A DNA stretch of 6,977 nucleotides, from the NCBI RefSeq assembly GCF_006345805.1, contig NW_021829104.1, positions 1 to 6,977 of the forward strand. Reading direction: 5' to 3'. The first letter of the stretch is position 1; the number at the start of each line of letters is the position of its first letter. Both the position numbers and the translations under genes were made by a program. This DNA comes from Octopus sinensis. Its lineage: Eukaryota. The notes beneath the pieces are model-generated. The model had not been told where the DNA came from and searched no databases. It saw nothing but the letters and a program-made list of their open reading frames with translations. Below, in pieces: positions 6,582 through 6,977 of this stretch.

Positions 6582-6618
<37 letters not shown>
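6566..6618. repeat. (AAT)n microsatellite
   Basis: Directly visible. Confidence 0.97.
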
Positions 6619-6619
<1 letters not shown>

Positions 6620-6912
6620 TGGCATCAATTACTAAATTACTATATTGATAAAAAAAAACCATTGACTTGCCATTATGTAAAATGTTTCCTGAAACCATTG
6701 GCCACACGAAGGAGACATTAGAATATGGCCAGGGTACGTGCGCTGGCATTTGTGGGATAAAGTAAAACTTGAGAGAGCCAAGCGGTGGTATGAGCATCAG
6801 ACAGAGGTGAGTATTGGAAAATGAACAACATAAATTTCTCTGGGATATTAACATACAATGTGACCAGATCACAGAGTTGAGACAGTCAGATATTGTGCTC
6901 ATCGATAAAGAT
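6620..6912 (+). mobile_element. Decayed R4/Dong-like retrotransposon fragment (knuckle remnant to PD-motif region), 3' end lost
   Basis: PLCKMFPETIGH (6670-6705), RRRH*NMAR, YVRWHLWDKVKLERAKRWYEHQTE (6735-6806), VLENEQHKFLWDINIQCDQITELRQSDIVLIDKD (6811-6912). Aligns motif by motif with 3400-3600 (WY.H, VLE.E, K.LW, IQ.D, R..DI..IDK). Confidence 0.82.
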
Positions 6913-6944
6913 GCGTTTTAACGGTTCTACCAGCTCGCCACCTT
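6913..6944 (-). mobile_element. SINE A/B head fragment, minus strand
   Basis: Reverse complement reads AAAGGTGGCGAGCTGGTAGAACCGTTAAAACGC. Confidence 0.75.
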
Positions 6945-6947
6945 TGC

Positions 6948-6977
6948 AATAATAATCCTTCTTACTTGAAGCACAAA
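6948..6977 (-). mobile_element. 3' tail of another SINE B copy entering from the window end
   Basis: Reverse complement TTTGTGCTTCAAGTAAGAAGGATTATTATT matches the B tail. Confidence 0.65.

Overview
Eukaryotic, gene-free, repeat-saturated DNA. The repeat families resemble, from memory and not from a database search, those of octopod cephalopods. I find no intact protein-coding gene, RNA gene or CRISPR array; the long ORFs in the track are microsatellite or SINE read-through. The window is built around (TAA)n/(TTA)n microsatellites. It contains: (i) four decayed 3'-terminal fragments of restriction-like-endonuclease (RLE) non-LTR retrotransposons of R4/Dong type, each starting at a (TAA)n tract on its sense strand; (ii) about 11 full or partial copies of one tRNA-derived SINE superfamily with two alternative 3' tails, associated with the opposite polarity, (TTA)n; (iii) two other SINEs, one with a perfect 14-bp target-site duplication; (iv) two inverted copies of an unclassified (AAT)n-tailed repeat; (v) a non-autonomous Helitron, possibly part of a 1.1-kb composite. 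I cannot claim a new biological system. The best leads are the strand-polarised sharing of one microsatellite target by several retroelement lineages, a covarying 3' hairpin shared by different SINE families, and the composite Helitron.
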